DNA of 64,000 bases from Candidatus Sericytochromatia bacterium (GTDB lineage: Bacteria; Cyanobacteriota; Sericytochromatia; S15B-MN24; UBA4093). The stretch covers positions 32,001-96,000 of the forward strand of contig JAKFBU010000023.1 of assembly GCA_036676985.1 (NCBI GenBank). Reading direction: 5' to 3'. The stretch's first letter is position 1. The number at the start of each line of letters is the position of its first letter. The notes under the pieces were generated by a model. That model ran no database searches. It was not told the origin of the DNA and saw only the letters and a list, made by a program, of their open reading frames with translations. Positions 48,033-57,030 of this stretch are shown here, in pieces. The translations under genes and the position numbers were made by a program.

Positions 48033-48055
48033 CTTCGTAAGAGAGGAGACATCCC

Positions 48056-48658
48056 ATGGAACGGCACACCTACACGGCATTTTCCGAGCAGCGACGCGTG
48101 GCGAGTGGTCCCATCGAGGACGTGGCCCTCAAGGTCAAGCAGTGGATCGAGCGGGGCGGGGCCCAGGTGCTCATCTTCGAGGACCTGAGCGGCCAGCAGA
48201 TCGACCTGGACCTCCGGGGCACGGACGAGGACGCCCTTGCGCGGTTGGGCGAGCATCCCTGGCTCCAGCACCGGGCCGATGACAAGCGCTCCGGTCCCGG
48301 CCGCCCGAAGCTCGGGGTGGTCTCGCGCGAGGTCTCGCTCTTGCCGCGCCACTGGGAGTGGCTCAATGCGCAACGGGGCGGCGCGTCGGTGACCCTGCGC
48401 AGGCTCGTCGAGGAGAGCATGAAGGGGAGCGAGGGCCAGGATCGAGCCCGCAAGGCCGGCGAGGCCGTCTCCAAGTTCATGTGGGCGCTGGGCGGAAACC
48501 TGCCCGGCTTCGAGGAGGCGTCGCGCGCGCTCAGCCGCAAGGAGTATGAGCGCCTCGAGGGCGAGATCGCCGGGTGGCCGGCGGACATCCGCGACCACGT
48601 GCGCCGGCTCGCAAAGACGGCCCAGCAGGCCGAAGCGGAGGCCCACCGTGAATCGTAA
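48056..48658 (+). CDS. DUF2239 family protein (candidate ribbon-helix-helix repressor)
   Basis: TAF...GRPKLGVVSREVSLLPRHWEWL..Q.GGASVTLRRLVEE...GNLPGFEEASRAL...WPADIRDH; RBS GAGGAG. Confidence 0.85.
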   Translation: MERHTYTAFSEQRRVASGPIEDVALKVKQWIERGGAQVLIFEDLSGQQIDLDLRGTDEDALARLGEHPWLQHRADDKRSGPGRPKLGVVSREVSLLPRHWEWLNAQRGGASVTLRRLVEESMKGSEGQDRARKAGEAVSKFMWALGGNLPGFEEASRALSRKEYERLEGEIAGWPADIRDHVRRLAKTAQQAEAEAHRES

Positions 48659-49019
48659 GGCCGAGTTGAAGGCGGACTACAAGCACAACGGCCACAAGCT
48701 GCGGAAGATGGGCGTTTACGCCATCCGGAACATGGCCAACGGCAAGGTCTTCCTGGACAAGAGCAGCAACCTCGAGAGCGCCATCGAGCGGGACCGCTTG
48801 TGGCTCGCGCGGGGTGGGCACATGAACGCGAAGCTCCAGCAGGACTGGAACCTCCACGGCGCCGCAGCCTTCACCTTCGAGATCCTGGAAGCCATCGACT
48901 CGACGGACGAGCCCAAGAACGTCAGCGAGGAGATCGCCGTCATGCTGGAGGTCTGGCTGGACGAGCTACAGCCCTACGGCGACAAGGGCTACCTGCCGGT
49001 GCCCCGCCCGTCGCGCTGA
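48648..49019 (+). CDS. small GIY-YIG-like protein
   Basis: MGVYAIRNMANGKVFL..S.NL, HMNAKLQQDWNLHGAAAFTFEILE; GTG start overlapping the DUF2239 stop, RBS GGAGG. Confidence 0.75.
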   Translation: MNRKAELKADYKHNGHKLRKMGVYAIRNMANGKVFLDKSSNLESAIERDRLWLARGGHMNAKLQQDWNLHGAAAFTFEILEAIDSTDEPKNVSEEIAVMLEVWLDELQPYGDKGYLPVPRPSR

Positions 49020-49033
49020 GAGGAACCGTTCGC

Positions 49034-51598
49034 CTAAACCGTCGGCCTCATCGTGCTGAACAGCGGCAGCTGGCTAATCTCCGTCGCCCCCTCGTCCAGC
49101 GCCGCCTGACGCAAGGACAGGGAGATGCGGTTCCTGCGCTCGATCTCCGTCAGCACCTGACGCGCCCGGTCGATGACGGGCGCCGGCAGGCCGGCCAGGC
49201 GCGCCACCTCGATGCCGTACGAGCGGTCTGCCCCACCGGGCACCACCCGCCGCAAGAAGATGACCTCGTCCGCCGTCTCCTCCACGAGCACCTTGTAGTT
49301 GCGCACGCTCGGCTGGCTCGCGGCCAGCGCCGTGAGCTCGTGGTAGTGGGTGGCGAACAGGGTGCGGGCCTGGACGTGGGTCGCCAGGTATTCGCTCACC
49401 GACCATGCGATCGAGATGCCGTCGAAGGTCGAGGTCCCGCGCCCGATCTCGTCGAGCAGGATGAGCGCCCGCGGGCTCGCGTTGTTGAGGATGTTCGCCG
49501 TCTCGTTCATCTCGACCATGAACGTCGACTGGCCCGTCGCCAGGTCGTCCACCGCCCCCACGCGCGTGAAGATGCGATCCACCAGGCCCACCCGGGCCCG
49601 CCGCGCCGGAACGAACGAGCCCACCTGCGCCATGAGCACGATGAGCGCGATCTGGCGCATGTAGGTGCTCTTGCCCGCCATGTTGGGGCCCGTCAGGATG
49701 ATGAGCTGGCTCGCCTCCGTGTCGAGACGGGTGTCGTTCGGGACGAAGGTGCCCGGCGGCAGGAGCTGCTCGATGACCGGATGGCGCCCGCCCTCGATCT
49801 CGAGCACCGTCGAGTCGTCCACCGCGGGGCAGACGAAGTGCTGGCGCACGGCCACCTCGGCGAACGAGACGAAGACGTCCAGGGCCGCCACGTGGCCCGC
49901 GATCGCCTGCAGCTCCGCCGTCCAGGGCTGCAGCGCGGCGCGCAGGGCGCCGAAGATCTCGTACTCCATGGAGCCGATGCGCTCCTGGGCCGTTAGGATG
50001 GCGCTCTCGCGCTCCTTGAGGACCGGGGTGATGTAGCGCTCGGCGTTGACGAGCGTCTGCTTGCGCTGGTAATCCGCGGGCACCAGGTCCCGGTTGGCGT
50101 GCGTGACCTCGATGAAGTACCCGAAGGTCTTGGAGTAGCTGACCTTCAGGCTCTTGATGCCCGTGCGCTCCTTCTCGGAGGCCTCGAAGGCGGCGAGCCA
50201 GTCCTTGCTGTCCCCGAGCAGCGAGCGGGTCTCGTCCAGCTCGGGGCTGAAGCCGTCCCGCACCAGGCCGCCCTCGGTCAGCGAGATGGGCGGGTGATCG
50301 ATGAGCGTCAGGCGGATCCGGGCCGTCAGCTCGGCGATCTCGGGGGGGATGCCCTCCAGCGCCCGGAGGGCGGGCGCATGACACCCCTGCACCGTCTCCA
50401 CCAGGCCCGGCAGGGCCTCCAGGCTGTCGCGCAGGGCGATGAGGTCTCGGGCGTTGGCCGTGTTGGCCGCAACCCGGCTCGTCAGGCGCTCCAGGTCCCG
50501 GATGGAGCCCAGCAGTTCGCCGAGGCGCATGCGCAGGCCCGGCATGGCCACGAGCTCCTGGACCGCCTGGTGGCGGGCGGCGATCGCATAGGAGTCGAGC
50601 AAAGGATGCAGCAGCCACTGGCGCAGCTTGCGACCGCCCATGGCCGTCTGCGTGTGGTCGAGCACCGAGAGCAAAGAGCCCTTCCAGGCGCCGTCGCGGG
50701 CGGTCTGCGTCAGCTCGAGGTTGCGACGGGTCGCGGGGTCGAGCAGCATGTACTCGGCCAGTCGATAGGTCTGGATGGTCGAGAAGAGGGCGAGCTGCGC
50801 CTTCTGGGTCTCGGCCACGTAGCCCAGCATCGCCCCCGCCGCCATGGTCGCGAGCGGGAACTCGGGCAGGCCGAACCCTTCCAGGCTCCGGACCTTGAAG
50901 TGCTCCGCGATGAGCGCCTTGGCCTTCTCGTGGTTGAAGGTGTAGTCCGGCCGCGGCGTGAGGTTCAGGTGCTCCGGGAAGACGCCGTCCCACGAGGGAT
51001 CCAGCTGGACCGCCTTGAGGCGGCCAGGCGTGCGGCCCCAGGCCATGTTCTGCCAGATGGCCGGGTTGACCGGCACCAGGAGCTCCGCCGGCTGGATGCG
51101 GGCGAGCTCGCCGGCGAGCTGCTGCGCGTCCGAGAGCTGGGTGGCGCGGAACTCGCCCGTGGACATGTCGCAGTAGGCGAGGCCATAGCCTGCGGGCCCC
51201 TTGGCGATCGCCGCCAGGTAGTTGTTCTGCTTCTCGCTCAAGAGGCTGCTCTCGAGCAGGGTGCCCGGCGTGACGAAGCGGACGATCTCGCGCTTGACGA
51301 GGCCCTTGGCGAGCTTGGGGTCCTCCATCTGCTCGCAGATGGCCGCGCGGTAGCCGCGCTCGATGAGCCGGCCCATGTAGTTGTCTAGCGCGTGGTGCGG
51401 CACGCCCGCCATGGGGATGCGATCGCCGCCGCCGCCCTCGCGGCTCGTCAGGGTCAGCTCGAGCTCCCGGCTCGCCAGCACCGCGTCGTCGAAGAACAGC
51501 TCGTAGAAGTCCCCCATGCGGTAGAAGAGCAGCACGTCGGGATGCTGCTGCTTCAAGGACAGGTAATGGGTCATCATGGGCGAGTACTGGGGCTGCAC
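49034..51598 (-). CDS. mutS: DNA mismatch repair protein MutS
   Basis: GDFYELFFDDA, TGPNMAGKSTYMRQ, STFMVEM, LLDEIGRGTSTFDG, FATHYHEL, SYGIEVA. Confidence 0.97.
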   Translation of the reverse strand: MQPQYSPMMTHYLSLKQQHPDVLLFYRMGDFYELFFDDAVLASRELELTLTSREGGGGDRIPMAGVPHHALDNYMGRLIERGYRAAICEQMEDPKLAKGLVKREIVRFVTPGTLLESSLLSEKQNNYLAAIAKGPAGYGLAYCDMSTGEFRATQLSDAQQLAGELARIQPAELLVPVNPAIWQNMAWGRTPGRLKAVQLDPSWDGVFPEHLNLTPRPDYTFNHEKAKALIAEHFKVRSLEGFGLPEFPLATMAAGAMLGYVAETQKAQLALFSTIQTYRLAEYMLLDPATRRNLELTQTARDGAWKGSLLSVLDHTQTAMGGRKLRQWLLHPLLDSYAIAARHQAVQELVAMPGLRMRLGELLGSIRDLERLTSRVAANTANARDLIALRDSLEALPGLVETVQGCHAPALRALEGIPPEIAELTARIRLTLIDHPPISLTEGGLVRDGFSPELDETRSLLGDSKDWLAAFEASEKERTGIKSLKVSYSKTFGYFIEVTHANRDLVPADYQRKQTLVNAERYITPVLKERESAILTAQERIGSMEYEIFGALRAALQPWTAELQAIAGHVAALDVFVSFAEVAVRQHFVCPAVDDSTVLEIEGGRHPVIEQLLPPGTFVPNDTRLDTEASQLIILTGPNMAGKSTYMRQIALIVLMAQVGSFVPARRARVGLVDRIFTRVGAVDDLATGQSTFMVEMNETANILNNASPRALILLDEIGRGTSTFDGISIAWSVSEYLATHVQARTLFATHYHELTALAASQPSVRNYKVLVEETADEVIFLRRVVPGGADRSYGIEVARLAGLPAPVIDRARQVLTEIERRNRISLSLRQAALDEGATEISQLPLFSTMRPTV

Positions 51599-51742
51599 GA
51601 AATCCTCCGAAGGGCGCGATTCATGACCATCGAGCCACCATTCTAACTCCCCGAGCGGCCGAGGAGGGGCTCTTTGGGGGTTTCAAGCAGGGCGTTGTCG
51701 GGTTATGGTGAGGTAGGAACACCCCAGACCAAAGGGCCCACG

Positions 51743-51955
51743 ATGACCACGAAGCAATCACTCGGAAACATGCTCTGGATGGCGACCTTCCTGGCCGCCC
51801 TCACGTCGCCCTTCTGGGGCAGCTGGCACTTCGGGCTGGGCGTGCTGCTCATGGCCATCGCCGCCGAGCTGCGCAAGGAAGTCCATGTGGCCGGACCGGC
51901 CAAGGCCGCCCCCCGCGTCCGCTGGAAGGAGCCCGACGAGGCCGCTAAGGACTAG
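51743..51955 (+). CDS. small membrane protein (70 aa)
   Basis: two hydrophobic segments, charged tail; stop overlaps the convergent gene. Confidence 0.6.
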   Translation: MTTKQSLGNMLWMATFLAALTSPFWGSWHFGLGVLLMAIAAELRKEVHVAGPAKAAPRVRWKEPDEAAKD

Positions 51956-52929
51956 CCGCCCATCCGCTTCTGGACGGCCAGCGCCTCCTGGACCTGGCTC
52001 GGACGAGCGTAGTTGAGCTCGATGAGGATCTCGCCCAGCCACATGTAGCGGCCGCGCCGCGCCAGCTCCTGCTGACGGCGCAGGGCCGCCTCGAGCTGGA
52101 CCTCCGTGATGATCCCCTTGGCCACCATGTACTCGCCGAACCGGAACTTGGTCTCAGTGCGCTTGGCGAGGTTCTCCAGGCCCGGGTCATGGGCCTGGAA
52201 GCGGATGTAGCCCTCCGTCTGCAGCTGCTCGACGGCCTGGGTGAAGCGTTCGCCCAGGATGTTGAGCATGCCGCTGATGTGGAACAGGCTGCTGTTGCCG
52301 TCCACCTTGCCGAGGATGCGCCAGTTGTCCGCGTCCACCTGCACCCCGCGCAGCGCGGCGTTGGTCTGGATGGAGCGGATGGTGACCTTGCCCTTGTCCG
52401 TGAGCTCGGGAACCCGGCCCATGGGGCCGGCCGGCACCGGGGCCTTGGGCTTGGCGGGAACGGCGGCCTGGGCGGCGGGAGCCCGATTCGGAGCGGCGGC
52501 GGGAACCGCCTGGGCGGCCGCGGCGGGAGGCATCTGGGGAGTGGCGGCCGGCTGCGGGGCGGCAGCCTGCGGGGCGGCAGCCTGCGGAGCGGGCGCCATG
52601 CGGCCCTGGCCCGCAAGGGCCGCCACCTGGCGGAAGACTCCGGCGTTGTCGGGCAGGGCCACCAGGTCGGGATGGCGCATGACCTCGTCGGCAGAGGTCT
52701 GGCGCACGGAGAAGGTGCCGGCGCGCTGCGGCGCGACCTGAACCAGGGCGGGCAGTCCCTGATCCATGGCGCTCCGGGCGCCCACGATCTTGCCCTGCAG
52801 CATGAAGATCTGGCCCCGCTCGATGGCCTCGATGGAGACCTCGCCGTCGAACTTCACGGCCTCCAGGATCCGCACCACCATCTCGATGCGGAAGAAGCTG
52901 AGGTCCCCGGAGAGGATGAGTTTCGCCAT
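51952..52929 (-). CDS. DUF4388/PATAN-like N-terminal domain + Pro/Ala linker + C-terminal MshEN motif protein
   Basis: LSGDLSFF...GQIFMLQGKIVGA (DUF4388-like); RFGEYMVAKGIITEVQLEAALRRQ...WLGEILIELNY...VQEALAVQ; RBS GAGGAG. Confidence 0.75.
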   Translation of the reverse strand: MAKLILSGDLSFFRIEMVVRILEAVKFDGEVSIEAIERGQIFMLQGKIVGARSAMDQGLPALVQVAPQRAGTFSVRQTSADEVMRHPDLVALPDNAGVFRQVAALAGQGRMAPAPQAAAPQAAAPQPAATPQMPPAAAAQAVPAAAPNRAPAAQAAVPAKPKAPVPAGPMGRVPELTDKGKVTIRSIQTNAALRGVQVDADNWRILGKVDGNSSLFHISGMLNILGERFTQAVEQLQTEGYIRFQAHDPGLENLAKRTETKFRFGEYMVAKGIITEVQLEAALRRQQELARRGRYMWLGEILIELNYARPSQVQEALAVQKRMGG

Positions 52930-53262
52930 TGTCTCCTCGTTTCCCTACTCCATCGCTTGCCCGAGCGACGACTACTGGTTGCTTGGACTGGAGAAGCGCG
53001 CGACAAGTTCCCCAGGTCGCGACCCGGTGCCGACGGGGACGGCATCCGGCCATGTGATTATACACCAAACGACCCATCATTACCCATGAGGCCGCACCGC
53101 GTGCCTTTCCGAGGTTCAAAGGGGTCAAGGCGTAAAAATTGTTATCTTCGACACGGAAACTCGTTATGTAAATGTTAGAATGTGCGATGGTTCGCCCGCT
53201 CCTCGGGACCTTCCAGGCCGCGCCCTGCTAGGTTCTCCGGGTTGCGCCGAAGCCAGGATCAA

Positions 53263-54132
53263 ATGGCCACCAAGTACGAGAAACAACTAGAGAAGCTGCT
53301 GGCGCACGTCAAGAGCCTCCACGCGCTCATCGACGAGCGTAGCCAGCAGCTCAAGTACTGGCAAGGCTACGCCGGCAAGCTCCGCGAAGAACGTCAGCGG
53401 CTCGCCAGCGTGATGATCGCGGCTGCGCGCAAGGTCCTCTCGGACGTCGCCCTCAAGTATCGGGCCCTGCGCGAGGAGAACCAGAAGCTCAAGACCTACG
53501 TCGAGCATCAGGAGCAACTGCACCAGAAGTCCCTCTTCCAGCTCAAGAACCAGCTGCAATACGCCCTGTCGCGCATCGACGACCTCTCCCTGGAGCGCAA
53601 GCAGTGGCGGGTCGGCATGCAGCAGCGCCAGCAGCAGATCTGGAAGACGCAGGAGCAGCTGGAGTCGACGCAGCAGGACCTCAGCTCCAAGATCGTCGAC
53701 CTCGAAAAAGCCCTCGAAGCCGAGCGTCTGCGCACGCGCAGCCTCACGGACCGGATCGAGACGGCCGAGCGCCAGATCGAGATCCAGCAGGAGCAGTGGC
53801 AGGACCTCCTCGGCCAAAAGGACGGCCTCGCCGCGCGCCTCCAGGAGACCGAGCACGCCCTCGAAATCGCCCAGCGCACGCTCTCCGAGACCCTGGCAAG
53901 CCAGCAATCGTCGATGGGCCGCGACGTGGACAACCTCCGCGCCCTGGTCATCTCGCTGCAGCGCCAGACGGAGTCCCTGCACGCCGAGATCGCCTCGAAC
54001 CAGGAGACGATCGAGAAGCAGGAGCGTTTCATCGCGGTGCTTAAGGGGGACAAGAACCCTAACATCCGATCCATGACGGACCGGAAGAAAGACCCCCCCC
54101 CTGCAGCGGAGGACCAGACGCAAAGTGGCTAG
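53263..54132 (+). CDS. long coiled-coil protein
   Basis: Q/E/L/R-rich heptad pattern throughout; overlaps the pdp start. Confidence 0.8.
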   Translation: MATKYEKQLEKLLAHVKSLHALIDERSQQLKYWQGYAGKLREERQRLASVMIAAARKVLSDVALKYRALREENQKLKTYVEHQEQLHQKSLFQLKNQLQYALSRIDDLSLERKQWRVGMQQRQQQIWKTQEQLESTQQDLSSKIVDLEKALEAERLRTRSLTDRIETAERQIEIQQEQWQDLLGQKDGLAARLQETEHALEIAQRTLSETLASQQSSMGRDVDNLRALVISLQRQTESLHAEIASNQETIEKQERFIAVLKGDKNPNIRSMTDRKKDPPPAAEDQTQSG

Positions 54133-55456
54133 CAACATGACGATCCTGAAGATGATCAAGGACAAGCGCGACGGCCTCGCGCACAGCGCCGAGGAGATCC
54201 GGTGGCTGGTCCAGAACGTGGGCAGCCTTCCCGACTACCAGCTCGCCTCCTGGCTCATGGCCGTCGTCTGCCGGGGCATGACCCTGGACGAGACCACGAC
54301 CCTGACCGAGGCCATGGCCAAGTCGGGCGAGATCATGGACCTCTCCGACGTGCCCGGCGCCAAGGTCGACAAGCACTCGACGGGTGGGGTCGGCGACAAG
54401 GTGACGCTCGTCCTGGCTCCTCTGGCCGCCGCCGCCGGCCTCACGGTCGCCAAGCTCTCCGGCCGCGGCCTCGGCCACACGGGCGGCACCATCGACAAGA
54501 TCGAGGCCATCCCGGGCGCCCACTGCGAGCTGTCCATCGAGCGCTTCAAGCAGCAGCTGCGCGACATCGGCGCGGCGGTGGCCTCCCAGACGGGCGAGCT
54601 GGCCCCGGCGGACGGCGTCCTCTACGCCCTGCGCGACGTGACGGGCACCGTCGAGAGCATCCCCCTCATCGCGGCCTCGGTCCTCTCCAAGAAGATCGCC
54701 GCGGGCGCGGACGTCATCCTCCTGGACGTCAAGACCGGCGCCGGCGCCTTCATGCGCGACGACGCGAGCGCCCGTGAGCTCGCCACCACGATGATGGAAG
54801 TCGGCAAGCGTCTCGGCAAGCACGTCACCTGCGTCGTCAGCGAGATGGGCCAGCCCCTCGGCTCGGCCGTCGGCCATGCCAACGAGGTGGCCGAGGCGAT
54901 CGCCACCCTCAAGGGCGAAGGCCCCAAGGACCTCACGGACCTCTCCGTCTCCCTGGGCGCCCTCCTGCTCGTCGGCGGCGGACTCGCCAAGGACCAGGCG
55001 GAAGGCGAGGCCAAGATGCGCGCGGTCATCGCGGACGGCACCGCCCTCGAGAAGCTGCGCTGCCTGATCCAGGCGCAGGACGGCGACCCGAGCGTCATCG
55101 AGCACCCCGAGAAGATGCCCCAGCCCAAGCTCCGGGTGCCCGTCGAGGCCACCACGGCGGGCTACGTCCAGAACCTCGACGCCCTGTCGGTGGGCCTCGC
55201 GGGCAAGGAGATCGGTGCCGGCCGCCTGGTCAAGGGCGCTCCCATCGACCTGGCCGTCGGCGTGATGCTGCACAAGAAGGTCGGCGACAAGGTCGAGAAG
55301 GGCGAGACGCTCGCCCACCTGCTCGTCAACGACGAGTCCAAGGTGCCGCATGCGTCTGAGGCCCTGCTCAAGGCCTATACCATCGGCCCCGAGCCCACCC
55401 AGGCCGCGCCGCTCATCAAGGCGGTCTACGCCGTGGAGACGGCAGCCGCCAAGTAG
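54125..55456 (+). CDS. pdp: pyrimidine-nucleoside/thymidine phosphorylase
   Basis: VDKHSTGGVGDK, SGRGLGHTGGTIDK, LYALRDVTGTV, SKKIAAG, DVKTGAGAFM. Confidence 0.95.
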   Translation: MASNMTILKMIKDKRDGLAHSAEEIRWLVQNVGSLPDYQLASWLMAVVCRGMTLDETTTLTEAMAKSGEIMDLSDVPGAKVDKHSTGGVGDKVTLVLAPLAAAAGLTVAKLSGRGLGHTGGTIDKIEAIPGAHCELSIERFKQQLRDIGAAVASQTGELAPADGVLYALRDVTGTVESIPLIAASVLSKKIAAGADVILLDVKTGAGAFMRDDASARELATTMMEVGKRLGKHVTCVVSEMGQPLGSAVGHANEVAEAIATLKGEGPKDLTDLSVSLGALLLVGGGLAKDQAEGEAKMRAVIADGTALEKLRCLIQAQDGDPSVIEHPEKMPQPKLRVPVEATTAGYVQNLDALSVGLAGKEIGAGRLVKGAPIDLAVGVMLHKKVGDKVEKGETLAHLLVNDESKVPHASEALLKAYTIGPEPTQAAPLIKAVYAVETAAAK

Positions 55457-55480
55457 TCGTACGCCTTTCGGACCCGGCTT

Positions 55481-55513
55481 GCGGGCCCCTCCGTCTGAGA
55501 CGGAGGGGCCCGC
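55481..55513 (+). terminator. hairpin after pdp
   Basis: GCGGGCCCCTCCGTC...GACGGAGGGGCCCGC followed by TT. Confidence 0.65.
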
Positions 55514-55652
55514 TTCGGCTTGGAGGCCCCGGCGTTAAGAAGCTGTACAGCGGCATCGCAGCCAAGCTTAATGGAACCTTGCCTGGCATTTAACCCGGTC
55601 GGCAGGTCGAGCAACGGATAAGGATCCTGGACCGCCTCGGAGGGATCTTGCC

Positions 55653-56933
55653 ATGACCATCGCCGACAACTCCTACGCCAACGTCCTGCGCCAGCTCCAC
55701 GCGACGCTGGGCGTCGTGCCGCCGGCCTCGTACGTGCCCGTGCAGCCCCCCATGCCGGTCCCCCCGTCGATGACGGGCGACACCCTGGTTCTCGGCAGCT
55801 CCCCGAACGCGGCCACCCTGCGCTCGGGCTACCAGAACCTCTTGAGCCAGTTCTCGACCGTCCTTCACCAGCCGGCGGTCGTAGCTCCCGCCGTCGTGCC
55901 GCCTCCGGCCGTCGAGCCCCCGAAGGCCGAGCCTCCCAAGCCCGAGGCCCCCAAGCCCGAAGCTCCCAAGCCTGAGCCCCCCAAGCCAGAGGCCAAGAAG
56001 GAGGAGCCGGCCAAGGCCGAGGCTCCAAAGCCCGCGCCTCCCGCCCCTGCGCCCGCTCCCACGTACACGGTGCAGTCGGGAGACTCCCTCTCGCGCATCG
56101 CGCAGCGGGCGCTCGGCGACGGCAACCGCTGGCGCGAGCTCTTCGACCTCAACCGGGACCAGATCTCCAACCCCGACGTCATCCACCCGGGCCAGGTGCT
56201 CAAGCTGCCCGGCGGCTCAAGCGCTCCGGCTCCAGCAGCACCCCCTCCCCCGCCGCCCAAGCCCGCCCCCGGTCCGACGTACACCGTCGGCTCGGGCGAC
56301 ACCCTCTCGGGCATCGCCTCGCGAACGCTCGGCGACGGCAACCGCTGGCGCGAGATCTTCGACCTCAACCGCGATCAGCTCTCCAACCCCAACGTCATCC
56401 AGGCGGGTCAGGTCCTCAAGCTGCCGGGCGGCGCCAACGCGGCGGCCCCCGCACCGAGGCCGGCCTCCGGGCGCAACGACGATCGCGGCGCCATCTACGT
56501 CCAGCAGCCGAACGGATGGACCTGCGGGCCCACGAGCCTCACCATGGCGGCTGCGGCCTTCGGCGTGCGCCCGGCGAACCATGCCACGGTCAACGAGCTG
56601 GTGGGCAAGACTCGTACCAGCCCGGCCTACGGCATCCCCGACAACAACGCCATCCCGAACGCCGCCCGCCAGCTCGGCCTGCAGGTCGCCTTCCACGGCA
56701 GGTCCTCGGCGGCCTCCATCCGCGAGGCCCTGAACAAGGGCCATGGCGTGATCCTCAACGGCTCGATCAGCGGCGGAGTGGGGCACTTCATCTACATCGC
56801 CGGCCTGAATGCGGACGGCACGTTCAAGGTCTTCGACCCCTACCGGCCGGCGATCAAGGCCTGGAACGACTCCCAGCTGCATGCCTTCGCCTACGCGACC
56901 GGCCGCGGCTCCATCAGCGAGATCTGGCGCTAG
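55653..56933 (+). CDS. two LysM domains + C39-like papain-fold peptidase, Pro-rich linker
   Basis: YTVQSGDSLSRIA and YTVGSGDTLSGIA LysM repeats; PKPEA repeats; QQPNGWTCGPTS (Cys), GHFIYIAG (His), FDP (Asp). Confidence 0.85.
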   Translation: MTIADNSYANVLRQLHATLGVVPPASYVPVQPPMPVPPSMTGDTLVLGSSPNAATLRSGYQNLLSQFSTVLHQPAVVAPAVVPPPAVEPPKAEPPKPEAPKPEAPKPEPPKPEAKKEEPAKAEAPKPAPPAPAPAPTYTVQSGDSLSRIAQRALGDGNRWRELFDLNRDQISNPDVIHPGQVLKLPGGSSAPAPAAPPPPPPKPAPGPTYTVGSGDTLSGIASRTLGDGNRWREIFDLNRDQLSNPNVIQAGQVLKLPGGANAAAPAPRPASGRNDDRGAIYVQQPNGWTCGPTSLTMAAAAFGVRPANHATVNELVGKTRTSPAYGIPDNNAIPNAARQLGLQVAFHGRSSAASIREALNKGHGVILNGSISGGVGHFIYIAGLNADGTFKVFDPYRPAIKAWNDSQLHAFAYATGRGSISEIWR

Positions 56934-56943
56934 GCGGGCTTTC

Positions 56944-56969
56944 GATTAAGCCCCCGCCATCACGGGTAT
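56944..56969 (+). promoter_or_regulatory. SigB/SigF-like promoter upstream of the PilB-like gene
   Basis: GATTAA-N14-GGGTAT, close to the SigB consensus GTTTAA-N12-14-GGGWAW. Confidence 0.5.
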
Positions 56970-57030
56970 TGATCCTTCGCTGCATGCCGGGGGATCGACA
57001 GCCCCTGCGTGCAGCTGGAAGGGGGACCAG

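Noticed and set aside
55915-56030. Short tandem DNA repeats (CCCAAGCCCGAG-like)
   Set aside because: They simply encode the PKPEA linker of the LysM protein.
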